Shown one piece after another: positions 1 to 12,900 of a DNA stretch of 64,000 nucleotides. Under the pieces are notes generated by a model, which had not been told where the DNA came from, ran no database searches, and worked only from the letters and a program-made list of their open reading frames with translations. How positions within the stretch are numbered: the stretch's first letter is position 1; each line of letters starts with the position of its first letter. A program made the position numbers and the translations under genes. The DNA is from Thecamonas trahens ATCC 50062. Its lineage: Eukaryota; Protista; Apusomonadida. The DNA lies in assembly GCF_000142905.1 (NCBI RefSeq), contig NW_013657677.1:1-64000 (forward strand), in the 5' to 3' direction.

Positions 1-911
1 TCCCCCCACATCGTTCATTTGAGCAAATAATGGTGAGCACTGCCAAATGTCCTCACAAGTCGCCACCCGTGTCTCCCATTCCATCACTTGCCAACCTTTC
101 GGAGCCTGCACTTTGATACGCCCTGCTCGCCCCAAGCTAGCAGAGAGCGTTCACAGCTAGCAAAACCTCCGACAGGCACCCTCTTTCACATAGAACACTC
201 CCTTGTGTTTCTCTGTGTTGTGTGTGCTTGCTCTTTCCCTGGTGTTGTGTTCTTTCCTCTGACCTGGGCCCTTCCCTACCCCCCCCAAGCTTGTTCCGCA
301 TTCGTGTCTGCGCTTTTCCCTTTCAGCAGCTTCGTTTCGCGACTCGCTCCCCCCCCCCTCCTCCCCCTGGAAGACCCTCCCTGTACCTCCTCAGCACAGC
401 TACTCCTTCCCGAGTACTTGCTTGACCTACACGGGTACCCTCTTTCCCCTCCACAGCCCCTCCAAAGTACGTCACACCCCCCATGCTCCCTCCTTCCACA
501 CCCCCTTCCCCGCCCCCTCCCATACCGAACCGCTTCCCACGCGGATCTCGTCTGATCCTTCCTTATCCGCATTATTGCATGACTGTATCATTGCTGTCAT
601 TGCTGTTTATCAATATCTCCCGCAAGCGCCACCACCACAGGCGCCAACCGTTAGATTCTTCGTCTCTCCAGTCCCCCCCCCCCCCCCCCCCCCTTCCCCA
701 CACACTCACCCACCGCCCCTTCCCCTACCTCGGTACGCATGCATGCACTTCAGGGCTCCTTCCCCCCGTTCCTCCTTTCCCGGAGAACACCTGTGCTTCT
801 CTCTGAGTGCGCCCGATTCCGTGCGTCCACTGGTTGGCTAGGTACTCTCCCACCCTCTCCCCCCCCCCCCCCCTTCCCCCGAGTTGCCCTTCTTTCCCTC
901 TCAAACCGACG

Positions 912-995
912 ATGCGCGTTTCGCTGACTTCGGTCGGGCTCTCGCTCCTCGCCCTAATGCTTGTTCTTTCGGTGTTCACCCCCCAGGTGGAGGCC
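912..995 (+). other. Signal peptide of the giant protein
   Basis: Basic N-region (MR), hydrophobic core [15 protein letters not shown] and a V-E-A cleavage motif, followed by GKKKKKG. Confidence 0.85.
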
Positions 996-3900
996 GGCAA
1001 GAAGAAGAAAAAGGGCTCGTCGTCGGCGTCGCAGCCAGGCTCGTGCACCACATGCCCTGCGCTCCCTGGCTCGACGTCGAATGACTACCCTACTGTGCCG
1101 ACGGCCGAGTACGTCGAGCACCTCAAATCGCTCTTCCCTGAGCGGTCGTCTCCGGACCCTGCGCTCATTGCGCCGGGCACAGACCCCAACCTCTACCTTA
1201 CCTCGGCTGGTACGGTCTCGATCACGTTCCTCCACGAGGGCGCTGGGTACCACAACCAGCTGGGGTACTACCTGTTCGACTCTGCGACGCCGGCCAACAT
1301 TGTGCCGGGCTCAGAGCGGCTTGTCTGGGCCGACGCCTCGATGCACAAGTGCATCCAGGTAGGGACCAAGACGGTGCTGAACAACGGCAACCCGTTTCCG
1401 GCGGGCACGCGCCTCGGCTTTTTCCTCGTCGCCGACGGCCACTGCACCACCGGCGGCAAGGCCACTTTCTACACCCACGACCACCTCAACCCGGACGGCA
1501 AACGCCACATCGGCATTGTGACCAACCGGGCCGGGACGTTCTCGTCGTCGACCACCTACACCGTCGGCTTTGAGGATCTGGTCAACCTTGGTGATCGCGA
1601 CTACAACGACCTCATGTTCTACATCACCACGACGGCTACCGTCGACGAGTCGAACCTGCCGGTCGAGTGCTCGCCGGACTGTGTGCACGGGACGTGCAAC
1701 TACGAGACCGGCGTGTGCGAGTGTGAGCCCGGTTTCTCGGGCACAACGTGCGAGGTCAAGGGCTGCGTTGACGAGCCATGCGCCGCCGGCGCCGCCTGCT
1801 CGGCGGTGACTGGCCGCTGCGAGTGCGTCAACGGCAAGTACGGCCCCGCGTGCGACCAGACCGACAAGTTCTTCTCGTGCTCGTACTCGGACGACCCCAA
1901 CTCATCTGGGTCGTACAAGTACCCTGTTTGTCACGCCACCAACTCGCTCACTAATCCCTACAATCTGCTCCGGCTGCCCAAGTCGGGCTACCTCAACCAC
2001 CTTACCAACAAGGCCCACAATGGCAAGCGCTTCCCGGACATCCAGCCGTTCCAGCTCGGCCGGGACTGCTTTGTCTACGACTGCGAGTGCAACCGCATCG
2101 CAAAGAGTCAGCTGAAGCTCGGCTCGCTCGCTTACCACACCTGGAACAATGTGCCCGGCAACAACGTGGCGGACCTCACTGCGCTCGCCACCTTCCCGGC
2201 CTCGCCCGACGCCGCTTCGTCTCTTTCTTCCTTTGACATCCCGCGCTCGGGCTCGTCGTTTGGCGGCAAGCTTGCCGGCTACCTCGTTCCCAAGCGCTCC
2301 GGCACCTACACCTTTTACATCTCGACCGACGACGCCGGTGAGCTCTACCTCTCGCCGTCGCCGCTCGCCCAGGACGCGGTCCTCATCGCATCCAACCCAG
2401 GCTGGACCTCGGCCAACCAGTGGAACCGCTACGCTTCGCAAAAGTCGGCTGCGGTCTCTCTGGTTGCCGGCAAGGCATACTACATCGAGTCGCGCTTCAA
2501 GCAGGGCTACGGCGGTGTCTCGCACCGGGTCGCCTGGACTGGGCCCGGCTTTAGGTCCATCACCGTCATTTCTGGGGCGTACCTTGCCCCGCTTGTGGTC
2601 GGCGAGGAGAACTACCCCATGGCCCCGTGCTCCGGCCACGGCTCGTGCACCGAGGCTTCGGACGACGGCCACGCCATGTGCGCTTGCGAGCCGGGCTTCA
2701 ACGGCGAGGCCTGTACCGAGATCGGCCCTATCGACTCGTGCCCGGCCTGCCTCAACGGCGGCGAGTGCAAGAACAACGCGTGCGAGTGCCCGCCGGGCTT
2801 CTCGGGCGACAGTTGCGAGTGCGACACGGCGTGCACCGGCAACTCGGGCTGCTCTGGCCACGGCGAGTGCAACTGCGACGGCTCGTGCACCTGTGAGCCC
2901 GGCTGGTCCGGCGCCGACTGCGCTTGCGCAACCTCGACCGACGCTTGCTCCACTTCGCCCCGCGGTGCCATCACCTTTGAACGCTGGAACAACGTCGGCT
3001 CATCCCGCTCGGTCTACGCCCTCCTCCGCAACTCGCGGTACCCGGACTCGCCCGACTTTACGGGCACGCTCTCGCTCTTTGAAGTCCCGCACAACGTTGG
3101 TAACTACTATGGCGCCCGCGTCATTGGCTACCTCCACCCCCGACCTCGGGCAAGTACGTCTTCCGCATCGCCGGTAACGACGGTCATGCGCTGTACCTCT
3201 CCTCAGATGCCAGCGATGTCAACCTTGCCCTTCTCGCTGGCAACTGGCGCTACACGCCGCGCCGCAACTACGAGGCAAGGTCGTCGTCGACCTCGCGATC
3301 GGTCAACCTTGTTGCCGGCCGTACGTACAGGATCATGGCGCTGCTCAAGGAGAGCACCGGCTCGGACCACCTCTCGGTCCAGTGGACCCACCCGCTGCTC
3401 GACGGTGAGTATGAGATCATTCCTGGCGCGTACCTCTCGCCCGACTCGAACGACGCCGCGCCCGGCGCCGCCATCTGCTCCGGTCGTGGCTCGTGCTCGT
3501 GCGGGATTTGCGCGTGTACCGGCGGCTACACCGGCGAACACTGCGAGTGCGCCCCGTGCGCGCCTGGGTCGTTCAACCCGTCGACACAGGTGTGTGACTG
3601 CGGCGAGATCAAGTGCAAGCCCGGGTTTACCGGGCCCGACTGCGGCTGCGCCTCCTGCGAAGATGTGACGTGCCAGTACGACAACCAGTTCTGCCAGTGC
3701 GGGACGTGCGCGTGCCTGCCCGGCTACTCGGGCCCGGACTGCTCGTGCGCCTCGTGCGACGACGTCGAGTTTGATCCGGCAACCGCGACCTGCTCGTGCG
3801 GCGAGGTCAGTTGCATCAACGGCTACTACGGCGACGACTGCTCCTGCCCGCCGTGCTCGTCGGTCACCTGTGACGCCGGCTTTACCTGCGACACCTCGTC

Positions 3901-6900
3901 GTGCTCGCAATGTGTGTGTGCATCGGCCATCGACGCCTGTGGTGTGTGCGGCGGCGACGGCTCGTCGTGCTCGGACGTCAACCGGTGCGCCTCGTTTGTT
4001 GACTGCGCCCAGTGCTCCGAAATCGCGTCGTGCGGCTGGTGCCCCGAGCTCAACAAGTGTCTCTTCACCGGCGCAGGCACCCGCCCCTCGGACGTGGTCT
4101 GCTCCGACTGCCCCAACGAGTGCCAGGTCGGTACCTGCGCGCCACGCAATGCCCCGCCCACCTGCACCGACTCGACCTTTGTCATCGCCGAGGACAATGT
4201 CCTCTCCGGCGCGCTCCTCGCCTCGGACCGCGACGGCGATGCCCTGACCCTCACGCTTACGACGCCGCCGTCCTCGGGCACCGTCGTCATCGCGCCCTCG
4301 GGCACGACGTTCACCTACACCCCGGCGCTCAACTTTAACGGCGTCGTCACTTTTGAGTACACCGTCTCGGATGGGACAGCGACGGCGCTCGACGGCGCCT
4401 GCACGGCTACCATCACCGTCGACCCGGTCAACGACCCGCCGATTGCTGTCTCGCCGTCTCCGTGCCTCGCCGGCGCTGAGGACTTTGCCATCACCGGCAC
4501 TCTCACGGCCTCGGACCCCGACCTCGTGTGCGCCGGCGGTTCGTACGCCCTCGGCGACTCGATCACCATCACGGGCACTGTCCACGACATGCGGTCGATC
4601 CACCCCGACTTTGAGGGCGCTATCGCCTTTGAGCGGAACATCGTCAAGTCGCTCCTCGGCGCTGACAAGAAGCCGGTCTACGGCAACCATCCCGACGGGA
4701 CCAAGACAACCAAGTCCAAGGCCTTTTTCGACATGTGGTTCAACGACCACGACGAGTACAACATGGCCGGCCCCATCTCGATCACCCTCAGCAACGACAA
4801 CTCGGGCTCGGCGCGCAAGTTTGGCTTCTGTGACACCTCGTTCTTCCCCATCGACGGCGCCATGCTTGGCAACGAGGGCAACAAGCACAACTACCACTTT
4901 TGCGCCGAGTGGCACCTCCAGTTCCAGCACACCGGCGACGCCGACTCGGTCTTCAAGTTCCGCGGCGACGACGACGTCTGGGTCTTTGTCAACAACCGCC
5001 TCGCCATCGACCTCGGTGGCGTCCACGGCGCTCGTTCGGCCTCGTTTGACCTCAACGAGATCGCCGACGAGTACGGCCTCGAGGTTGGCGGCGTCTACGA
5101 CTTTGACTTTTCTTCTGCGAGCGTCACAAGTCGGCCTCGCAGCTTTGCATCCAGAACACCTTCCCCATTGTTGACTGTGCCCTCGCCTACCGCATCGTCT
5201 CGCCGCCGTCGCACGGTACCGTCACCGTCGCCGGCAACTCATTCACCTACGTCCCCGACGCCAACTTTGCCGGCGAGGACTCGTTTACCTACGTCGCCTC
5301 GGACGGCTCGCTCGACTCGAACATTGCTCGCGTCTGCCTCAACGTCCAGGGCTCGGCCGACCCGCCAACTGCCTACGACCAGGTCTTTACCCTCCAGGAG
5401 AACGCTGTCCTCGACAATCACGCTCTGCTTGCCACCGACCCGGACGGCGCTGCCGACGCGCTCACCTACGAGCTGGTCGACCTGCCGGCCCACGGTGACG
5501 TGACGGCGCTCAACGCCGCCACCGGTGCTATTGTCTACAAGCCTGACCTCGACTACTTTGGCAAGGACTCGTTCACCTGGCGTGTGACCGACTCGACCGG
5601 TCTCGTCTCGCGGCTCGGCACCGCCTCGCTCAACATCATCGGCGTGCCGAACCACGTTCCGCGCGCCCGTGACGCCATCCACACCATCCGCGAGGACACT
5701 GTCCTCCGCGCCACCATGTATGGCTTTGACTCGGATGCCGGTGACCAGTTGTACTTTGACGTTGTCGAGCTCCCAACCCGCGGCAAGCTCGCGTATGACG
5801 GCCTCAAGGGCACCTTTACGTACACACCCAAGGCCAATGACGACACCTCGGACGCCTTTGTCTACACCGTCTCGGACGGCAAGGCCACGTCGAACCGTGC
5901 CACCGTCGAGATCGTGCTCTCTGCCGTCAACGACGCCCCGGTTCCAGCGCCGCTGGCCTTTTCCACCAAGCAGAACACTGCGTACTCGGGCACGCTCTCT
6001 GCACGCGACGTCGACGTTCCGCTCGACGACCTCACCTTTTCGCTGGCGGCTTCGCCGCGGTCGGGCTCGGTCTCGATCGATCCGTCCGGCGACTTTGTTT
6101 ACACGCCGCGGACTGGCTTCTCGGGCCGCGACGCGTTTACCTTTAACGTCTACGACGGCTTTGCCAACTCGGCCTCGCCCGGTCGGGTCACCATCTCGGT
6201 CGTCGACGTCAACGACCCGCCGACGGCCTCAGGCCTCGCCGCCGACACCAAAGAGAACATCCCGGTCTCGTTTGCGCTGCAGTGCGGCGACCCCGATGTC
6301 GGCGACACCGTAACCGGCCGCCTCGTCTCGTCACCGCCGTCCGGCTCGACCGCCACCCTTCGTAGCGGCGGCCTCTCGGTCCGGTACGTGCCCAAGGCCG
6401 GCTTTGTCGGCACCGACAACTTTGAGTACGAGTGCATCGATGCTGCTGGTGCCACCTCGGCGTCGGCACCGATCAAGGTCATTGTGGCAAACGTCAACCA
6501 CGTGCCGACCACGTCGAACGCCGCGTTCTCGGTTCTGGAGAACGCGCCTGTTGCTACCTTTGCTCTCGAGGCTGCCGACGTCGACGTCGGCGAGTCGCTC
6601 ACCTTCCGCCTCGCCCCGTCGACTCCGAACGGCCCGCGCAACGCCAAATCGTTTGCCCTCGACGCCACCGCCGGCACCTTTACGTACGCCCCGCGGACCG
6701 ACTACTTTGGCACCGACTCGTTCTCGTTTGTTGTCACCGACTCGACTGGTCTCACCTCGCGGACTGCCGGCCGTGTGACCATCACCGTCGTCCCACCGGC
6801 CAACCACCTCCCGCGGACTGCGCCGGCCACAGGCACCACCGCCGAGGATACTGAGCTCGTGCTCACTCTTGTCGGCACCGACCAGGACGCCGACGACACC

Positions 6901-9900
6901 CTCGTCTTTTCGATCGTCCGCGAGCCAGTCCATGCCGCCGCGGTCTCGCTCGACAAGGCCAGTGGCCGTTTGTACTACCTCCCGTCACCCGGCTTTGCCG
7001 GCGACGACTCGCTCGCCTACACCGTCACCGACTCGGCGTCGGCGTCGGCAACACCTGCCACCGTTACCATCACGGTGAGCCCGGTCAACGACCCGCCGGT
7101 TGTCGCCGACTCGCGCGTCGAGACCGCCGAGGACACCCCGGTCTCGGCGGCGCTCTCGGGCTCGGACGAAGACTCGGCGGCGCTTACCTTTTCGATCCTC
7201 GCGCAGCCGACCCATGGTGCCGTCGTCCTTGACTCGGCCGCCACTGGCGCGTTCACCTACACCCCAAGTGCGCAGTACTATGGTCCGGACTCGTTCACCT
7301 TTACCGTGGTCGACAGCGACGGCGCCCGCGCGCTTGCACCGGCCAAGGTCTACATCGCCATCACCGCCGCCAACGACCCGCCAGTCGCCATCGACGGCTC
7401 TCTGGAGTGTGCCGAAAACTCGCCTGGCTGCTCTTACACTATGGCTGTCGAGGACGTCGACTCAAAGGTTGTCTCGTGCGTTGTGACCTCGCGCCCGGCC
7501 AACGGCCAGCTCCTCGTCAAGTACGATCCAGCGCTCTTCCGCGCCTCGCGTGACGAGGACATTGCCGCTTTCACTTCAGCACCCAAGGCCGGCTCCGCCA
7601 AGGCCTCCAAGGGCTCCAAGGCCTCCAAGGGCTCCAAGGCCTCCAAGGGCTCCAAGGCCAAGACGGGCTCCAAGGGCTCGGGCTCGCGCGCCAAAAACTC
7701 GGCGGCCTCCAAGGCCAAGTTCTCGTCGCGCAAAAACTCAAAGCGGGCGGGCGACCAGGCCCCGATCTGCCCGACCAACCTCGCATCGATGACCGACGCG
7801 CAAATTCTGGCTTACTTTGCTGACAAGGGCTCGCGCAAGGGTAACTCGGCCGGCTCGTCGTCCAAGAACTCGCGCCAGGCCTCGTACTCGTCGTCCAACT
7901 CGGCGCCAATCCAGTGCAGCAACCCGCCTCAGGCGCACAAGGTCTACGTCTGCCACGCCACGTCGTCGACCAAGAACCCGTACGTCCGGCTCTCGGTCGC
8001 GCGCTCGTCTCTCGAGGCGGGTCACGTCATTGGCGAGTCCCATTCGGGCTCGGGCAACGTCGACCTCCTTCCTGGTGGCGACTCGGGTCTCGACTGCAAC
8101 TGTAATGTTGTTGACTCGCCCAAGGCCAAGTCCTCGGAAAAGGCCAAGTCGAAGCTCAAGGCCAGCAAGGCGGCCAAGGCTGCGCTGCTGGCCTGCCGTG
8201 CCGCCGCGCTCCCGACCCCGACCACGGTCGCGCCGCGGTGCGCGCTCCCTTCGCTCATCTCGAACCGGTTCATCTGCATCGGCACCAACTCGGCGTCGAA
8301 CCCTTACACCAAGGTTGAGGTCTCGATCGACGAGCGCAACGAGCTCCTCGTCGGTTCCGGTGCTGGCTCCGACAAGGGCTCCAACAAGGGCTCCAAGAAG
8401 AGCTCCAAGTCGAAGAAGCCCAAGGGCTCTGGCTCGAAGAAGTCATCACGCGACCGCGACGCCGACGAGGTCGACGCCTCCAAAAAGGCCAAGCGGTCGT
8501 CGGACAAGACCAAGTCCGAGAAGGAAAACTCCAAGTGGTTCAACTCGAACGACAAGAGCTCCAAGCAGAAGAAGAGCGCCAAGTCCTCGGGCTCACGCTC
8601 GCGCAAGGCCAAGTCGAACAAGTCGAACAAGGTCTCATCGGCCAAGACTTCCGGTGAGAAGCGCAAGGCTCAGACTCCGCGGAGCACCCGGTACCCGCCG
8701 GTCCGCCCGGGCACGGCCGGCCTCGACTGCAACTGTAAGCCCATTGCCTGCACCGTCACTTATGTGCCGGACAGCGAGTTCTGCGGCTCTGACGCGTGGC
8801 AGTTTGTTGGCTCGGACGGCGCCGCGTCGTCGCCGTCGGCGGCGACTGTCTCGGTTTCAGTCCCGTGCCCGTCGAACCGGGCGCCGCGCGCACACTCGGC
8901 CTCGTTCTCTACCGCAGAAGACACGCCGCTCGCGGGCGCGGTCGCTTCGGCCACCGACAACGACGGTGATGCTCTCACCTTTGTGGTCGTCTCGCCGCCG
9001 CGCCACGCCGCCGTCTTTAACCTCGCCGCTGACGGCACCATCACCTACACACCGGCTGCCGACTACCACGGCGCCGACTCGTTCCTGTTCAAGGCCAACG
9101 ACGGCTCGGTCGACTCGTCGGTTGCCAAGATCTCACTCACCGTGACGCCGGTCAACGACCCGCCAGTGGCGGCCTCGAACGCGCTCTCCACGCTCGAGGA
9201 TACTCCGATCTCGTCGTCGCTCCGTGCCACCGACGCCGACGGCGACACGCCGCTGGTCTACACCATTGTCACGCCGCCGACCTCTGGTCGTGTCACCATG
9301 GGCTCGCGCCCCGGCGCTTTCACCTACACCCCGTCGGCCGACTACAACGGTGACGACTCGTTCACCTTTACTGCCTCGGACGGGAGTGCGGACTCGGGCA
9401 CCGCCACCGTTACCATCACAGTGGGCCCGGTCAACGACCCGCCCACCGCCGCCGACGCTACGGTCAACATCGACGAGCTCCCGCGAGTCGCGCATGCGCT
9501 CGCGCTCACCGCCGCTGACGTCGACGGCGATGCCCTCACTTTCACCGTTGTCTCGGGCCCGTCGTCTGGCGTCATCGCGTCCTTCGACGCCGCGTCCGGC
9601 ACCTTTGACTACACACCCAACGTGGACTTTTTCGGCAAGGACGCGATCCGGTTCCTGGTCACCGACGCCGACGGCGCGTCGTCGTCTCGCGCAACGCTCA
9701 CCGTCAACGTTGTTCCGCCGGACAACCACATTCCGCGCACCGCCGACGCCTCGTACACCATCGACGAGGACCAGGTGCTCGACGCCAAGCTTGTGGGCAC
9801 CGACCAGGACGCGTTTGATCGCGCCAAGCTCACCTTTGCCAAGACGAGCGGCCCGGCCTTTGCCGTTGTCGACTCGGCGACTGGAAAGCTCACCTTTACT

Positions 9901-12900
9901 CCGCCAGCCCACGTCAACGGCGCCTTTGTGGTCAGCTACGCGGTGACCGACCCACAGGGCGCGACGTCGACAACCGACGGCAACATCGCAATCACGGTCA
10001 AGCCGGTCAACGACCGCCCGACCGCCACACCGGGCTCCGACTCGACCGACGAGGACACGCCCGCTCTTCTCACGCTGGCTTGCACCGACGTCGACGGCGA
10101 CGCCATCGCTGCGTACACCATCACACGCGTTCCGGCGCACGGCTCCATCGTCCGCACTCCGGCAGGCTCCATCGCCGAGTTTACTTACACCCCGGACGCC
10201 GACTACAACGGGGCAGACACGTTCTACTTCCGCTGCTCCGACGGTTCGCTCGCGTCAGAGCCGGCTGCATTTGCCCTTACCGTCACCGCCGTCAACGACA
10301 AGCCGGTCGCCACGCCGGCGACCATGACCTGTGACCAGGGCTCAAACAACACTCTCCAGCTCCTGGCCACTGACCCCGAGGGCTCGGTCCTCACGTACAC
10401 GCTCACCTCGCTTGCGATGATTCCTGACGTCGGCATCGGCTCACTCGACTCGAGCTCTGGTGTGTTCACCTTTAGCTCGGCTGGTGCCAACGCAGACCCC
10501 GCGTCGTTCACCTACACAGTCTCGGATGGCGTCCTTGTCTCGGACCCGGCGACTATCGACGTGACCATCACCAACGGGTTCTCGGCGCCAGTCGGCGCCG
10601 ACGCCTCGGTCTCGACGCCCGAGGACACGCTGCTCAAGACGCAGCTGTCTGGCACCGACGATGATGGCGACAAGCTCTCATTCTACCTGGTTGGTGCGCC
10701 GCGGCACGCTGCCCGCGTCATGGTCAACCGCGACACGGGCGTGCTCTCGTACCTTCCGACAGCCAACTACGTCGGCAGTGACTCGCTCTCATACAAGATT
10801 GTCGATCGCAAAGCAACTTCGGACATCCATGTCGTCTCCATCACCGTCACTGCTGTCAACGACCCGCCGGTCCTCGCCGGTGACGCCTTTGCTACGCCCG
10901 AGGACACGCCGGTCACGCTCGACTTTATTGCCTCGGACATTGACGGCGACGACCTCACCTTTACGCTGGTCACCCCGCCGTCCCACGGTGGAGTCAGCAT
11001 TGACGACGCTGCCGACTCGTACACCTACACACCGGATGCCGACTACGCCGGCACCGACTCCTTTGTGGTCTCGGCCTCGGACGGGAGCGCGACGTCGGGC
11101 AACGCCCGCATTCGCGTCAGGGTCGAGCCGCGCAACGACATCCCGGTCTGCGCCAACGCACACTTTGTGGTGCCCGAAGGCGCGTCCCGTGCCAAGCTTA
11201 CCATGGCGGCGACCGACGTCGATGCTGGCGACCGGCTCACTTACACCATTGTGGCCGGGCCGAACTTTGGCACTCTTACTGGTGTCAACTCAGGCTCGGC
11301 AAACGTCCGCTACACTCCGAACCGCGACTACTTTGGCGCCGACAAGTTCTCGTTCTTTGTCACCGACTCGGACGGCGCGGTCTGCTCGGTCTCAAACGTC
11401 ACTATCGACGTCGACCCGCCGGCCAACCATCTCCCGCGCTGCCTCCCGGCCCAGCTCACTCTGGACGAGGACGAGGACTTTGTCGCCAAGGCCTTTGTCC
11501 TCTCGGGCACCGACCAAGACACCGACCAGACGCTCACCTTTACGCTGACCTCGGCGCCGCCGGCCGGTGTTTCCGGCTTTGCCATCGACTCGGCTGCCGG
11601 CGCGCTCTCTGGCTCGCTGGATGCTGACTACGCCGGCAAGTCGTCGTTCACCTTTAAGGTCTGCGACTCGTTCGCTCCGTCGGCCTGCTCGGCGAGAGAG
11701 TGCAGCGGTGTGCTGCTCGTGACGCCGGTCAACGACGCGCCGGTCGCGGCCGACGACTCGCTCGTGACCAACGAGGACACTGCCGCCCGCGGCGTGCTCT
11801 CGTGCTCGGACGCAGAGGACGGGGACAAGCTTTCCAAGTTCTCGGTTACTGCGGCCGGCTCGGGGACTGTGGTCCTCGGCTCGCGCGGCGGGTACACCTA
11901 CACGCCGAACGCAAACGTCTTTGGCACCGATGCGTTTACCTTTAAGTGCACCGACTCGGCAGGCGTCGCCTCCAACTCGGGCACCATCTCGGTGACGATC
12001 AACTCGGTCAACGACGTGCCTGTTGCGCTTGCCGACACGCTCACGGTGGACGAGAATGCGCCGCCGACGCAGATCACGCTCCTCGGGCGCGACGCGGACG
12101 TGGACGACTCGCTCACCTTTGCCATTGCCTCGCCGCCGGCCAAGGGCACAGCGACAATCGATGCGGCGACCGGCATCCTCACGTACACGCCCAAGGTCGA
12201 CACGTGGGGCGCCGACTCGCTCACCTTTACGGTCTTCGACGGGACGGCCACGTCGGCGCCGGCCAAGTTGGCGATCACCATCGTGCCGCCGGCGAACCAC
12301 ATTCCGCGGTCGGCCAACGCGACGCTTGTTGTCGACGAGGACACGACCGGACGGGTCGGCCTCGTCGGCACAGACCTCGACCGTGGCGACTCGCTCACCT
12401 TTGTCCTCCGCGCCAAGCCGGCGCACGCCTCGCGCGTCGCGCTCAACTCGCGCAACGGCATGCTCCAGTACCGGGCCGCGGCCAACTTCCACGGCTCGGA
12501 CTCGCTGACGTACGTCGTCTTTGACGGCACCGCCTACTCGACCGAGGCCTTTGTCACCATCACGGTGCTCCCGGTCAACGACCGTCCGGTGGCGTCGAGT
12601 GACTCGGCCGCGGTCGATGAGGATGGCGTCCTCTCGGACGAGCTGACCGGCAACGATGTCGACGACCTTCCGTCGGCGCTGACATACACCATCACCAGCG
12701 GCCCGCGCTTTGGCGCGGTGGCGCTCATCGGCTCCGGCCCGGCGTTCAGCTACACGCCCGAAGCCAACTTCCACGGCTCGGACCGCTTCACCTTTAGCGT
12801 CACCGACGCTGCAGGCTCGGTCTCGCAGCCGGCGACGTTCTCGATCACAGTGGTGCCGGTCAACGACCCGCCGACCACGAGCAGTTGCGCGTTCAAGGTC

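Noticed and set aside
1-911. Short Pro/Gly-rich ORFs upstream of the giant gene, and the ORF start at 807
   Set aside because: These arise from poly-C, pyrimidine-rich non-coding sequence. Position 807 is a GTG, whereas the ATG at 912 directly begins the signal peptide. An upstream exon cannot be excluded but is unsupported.
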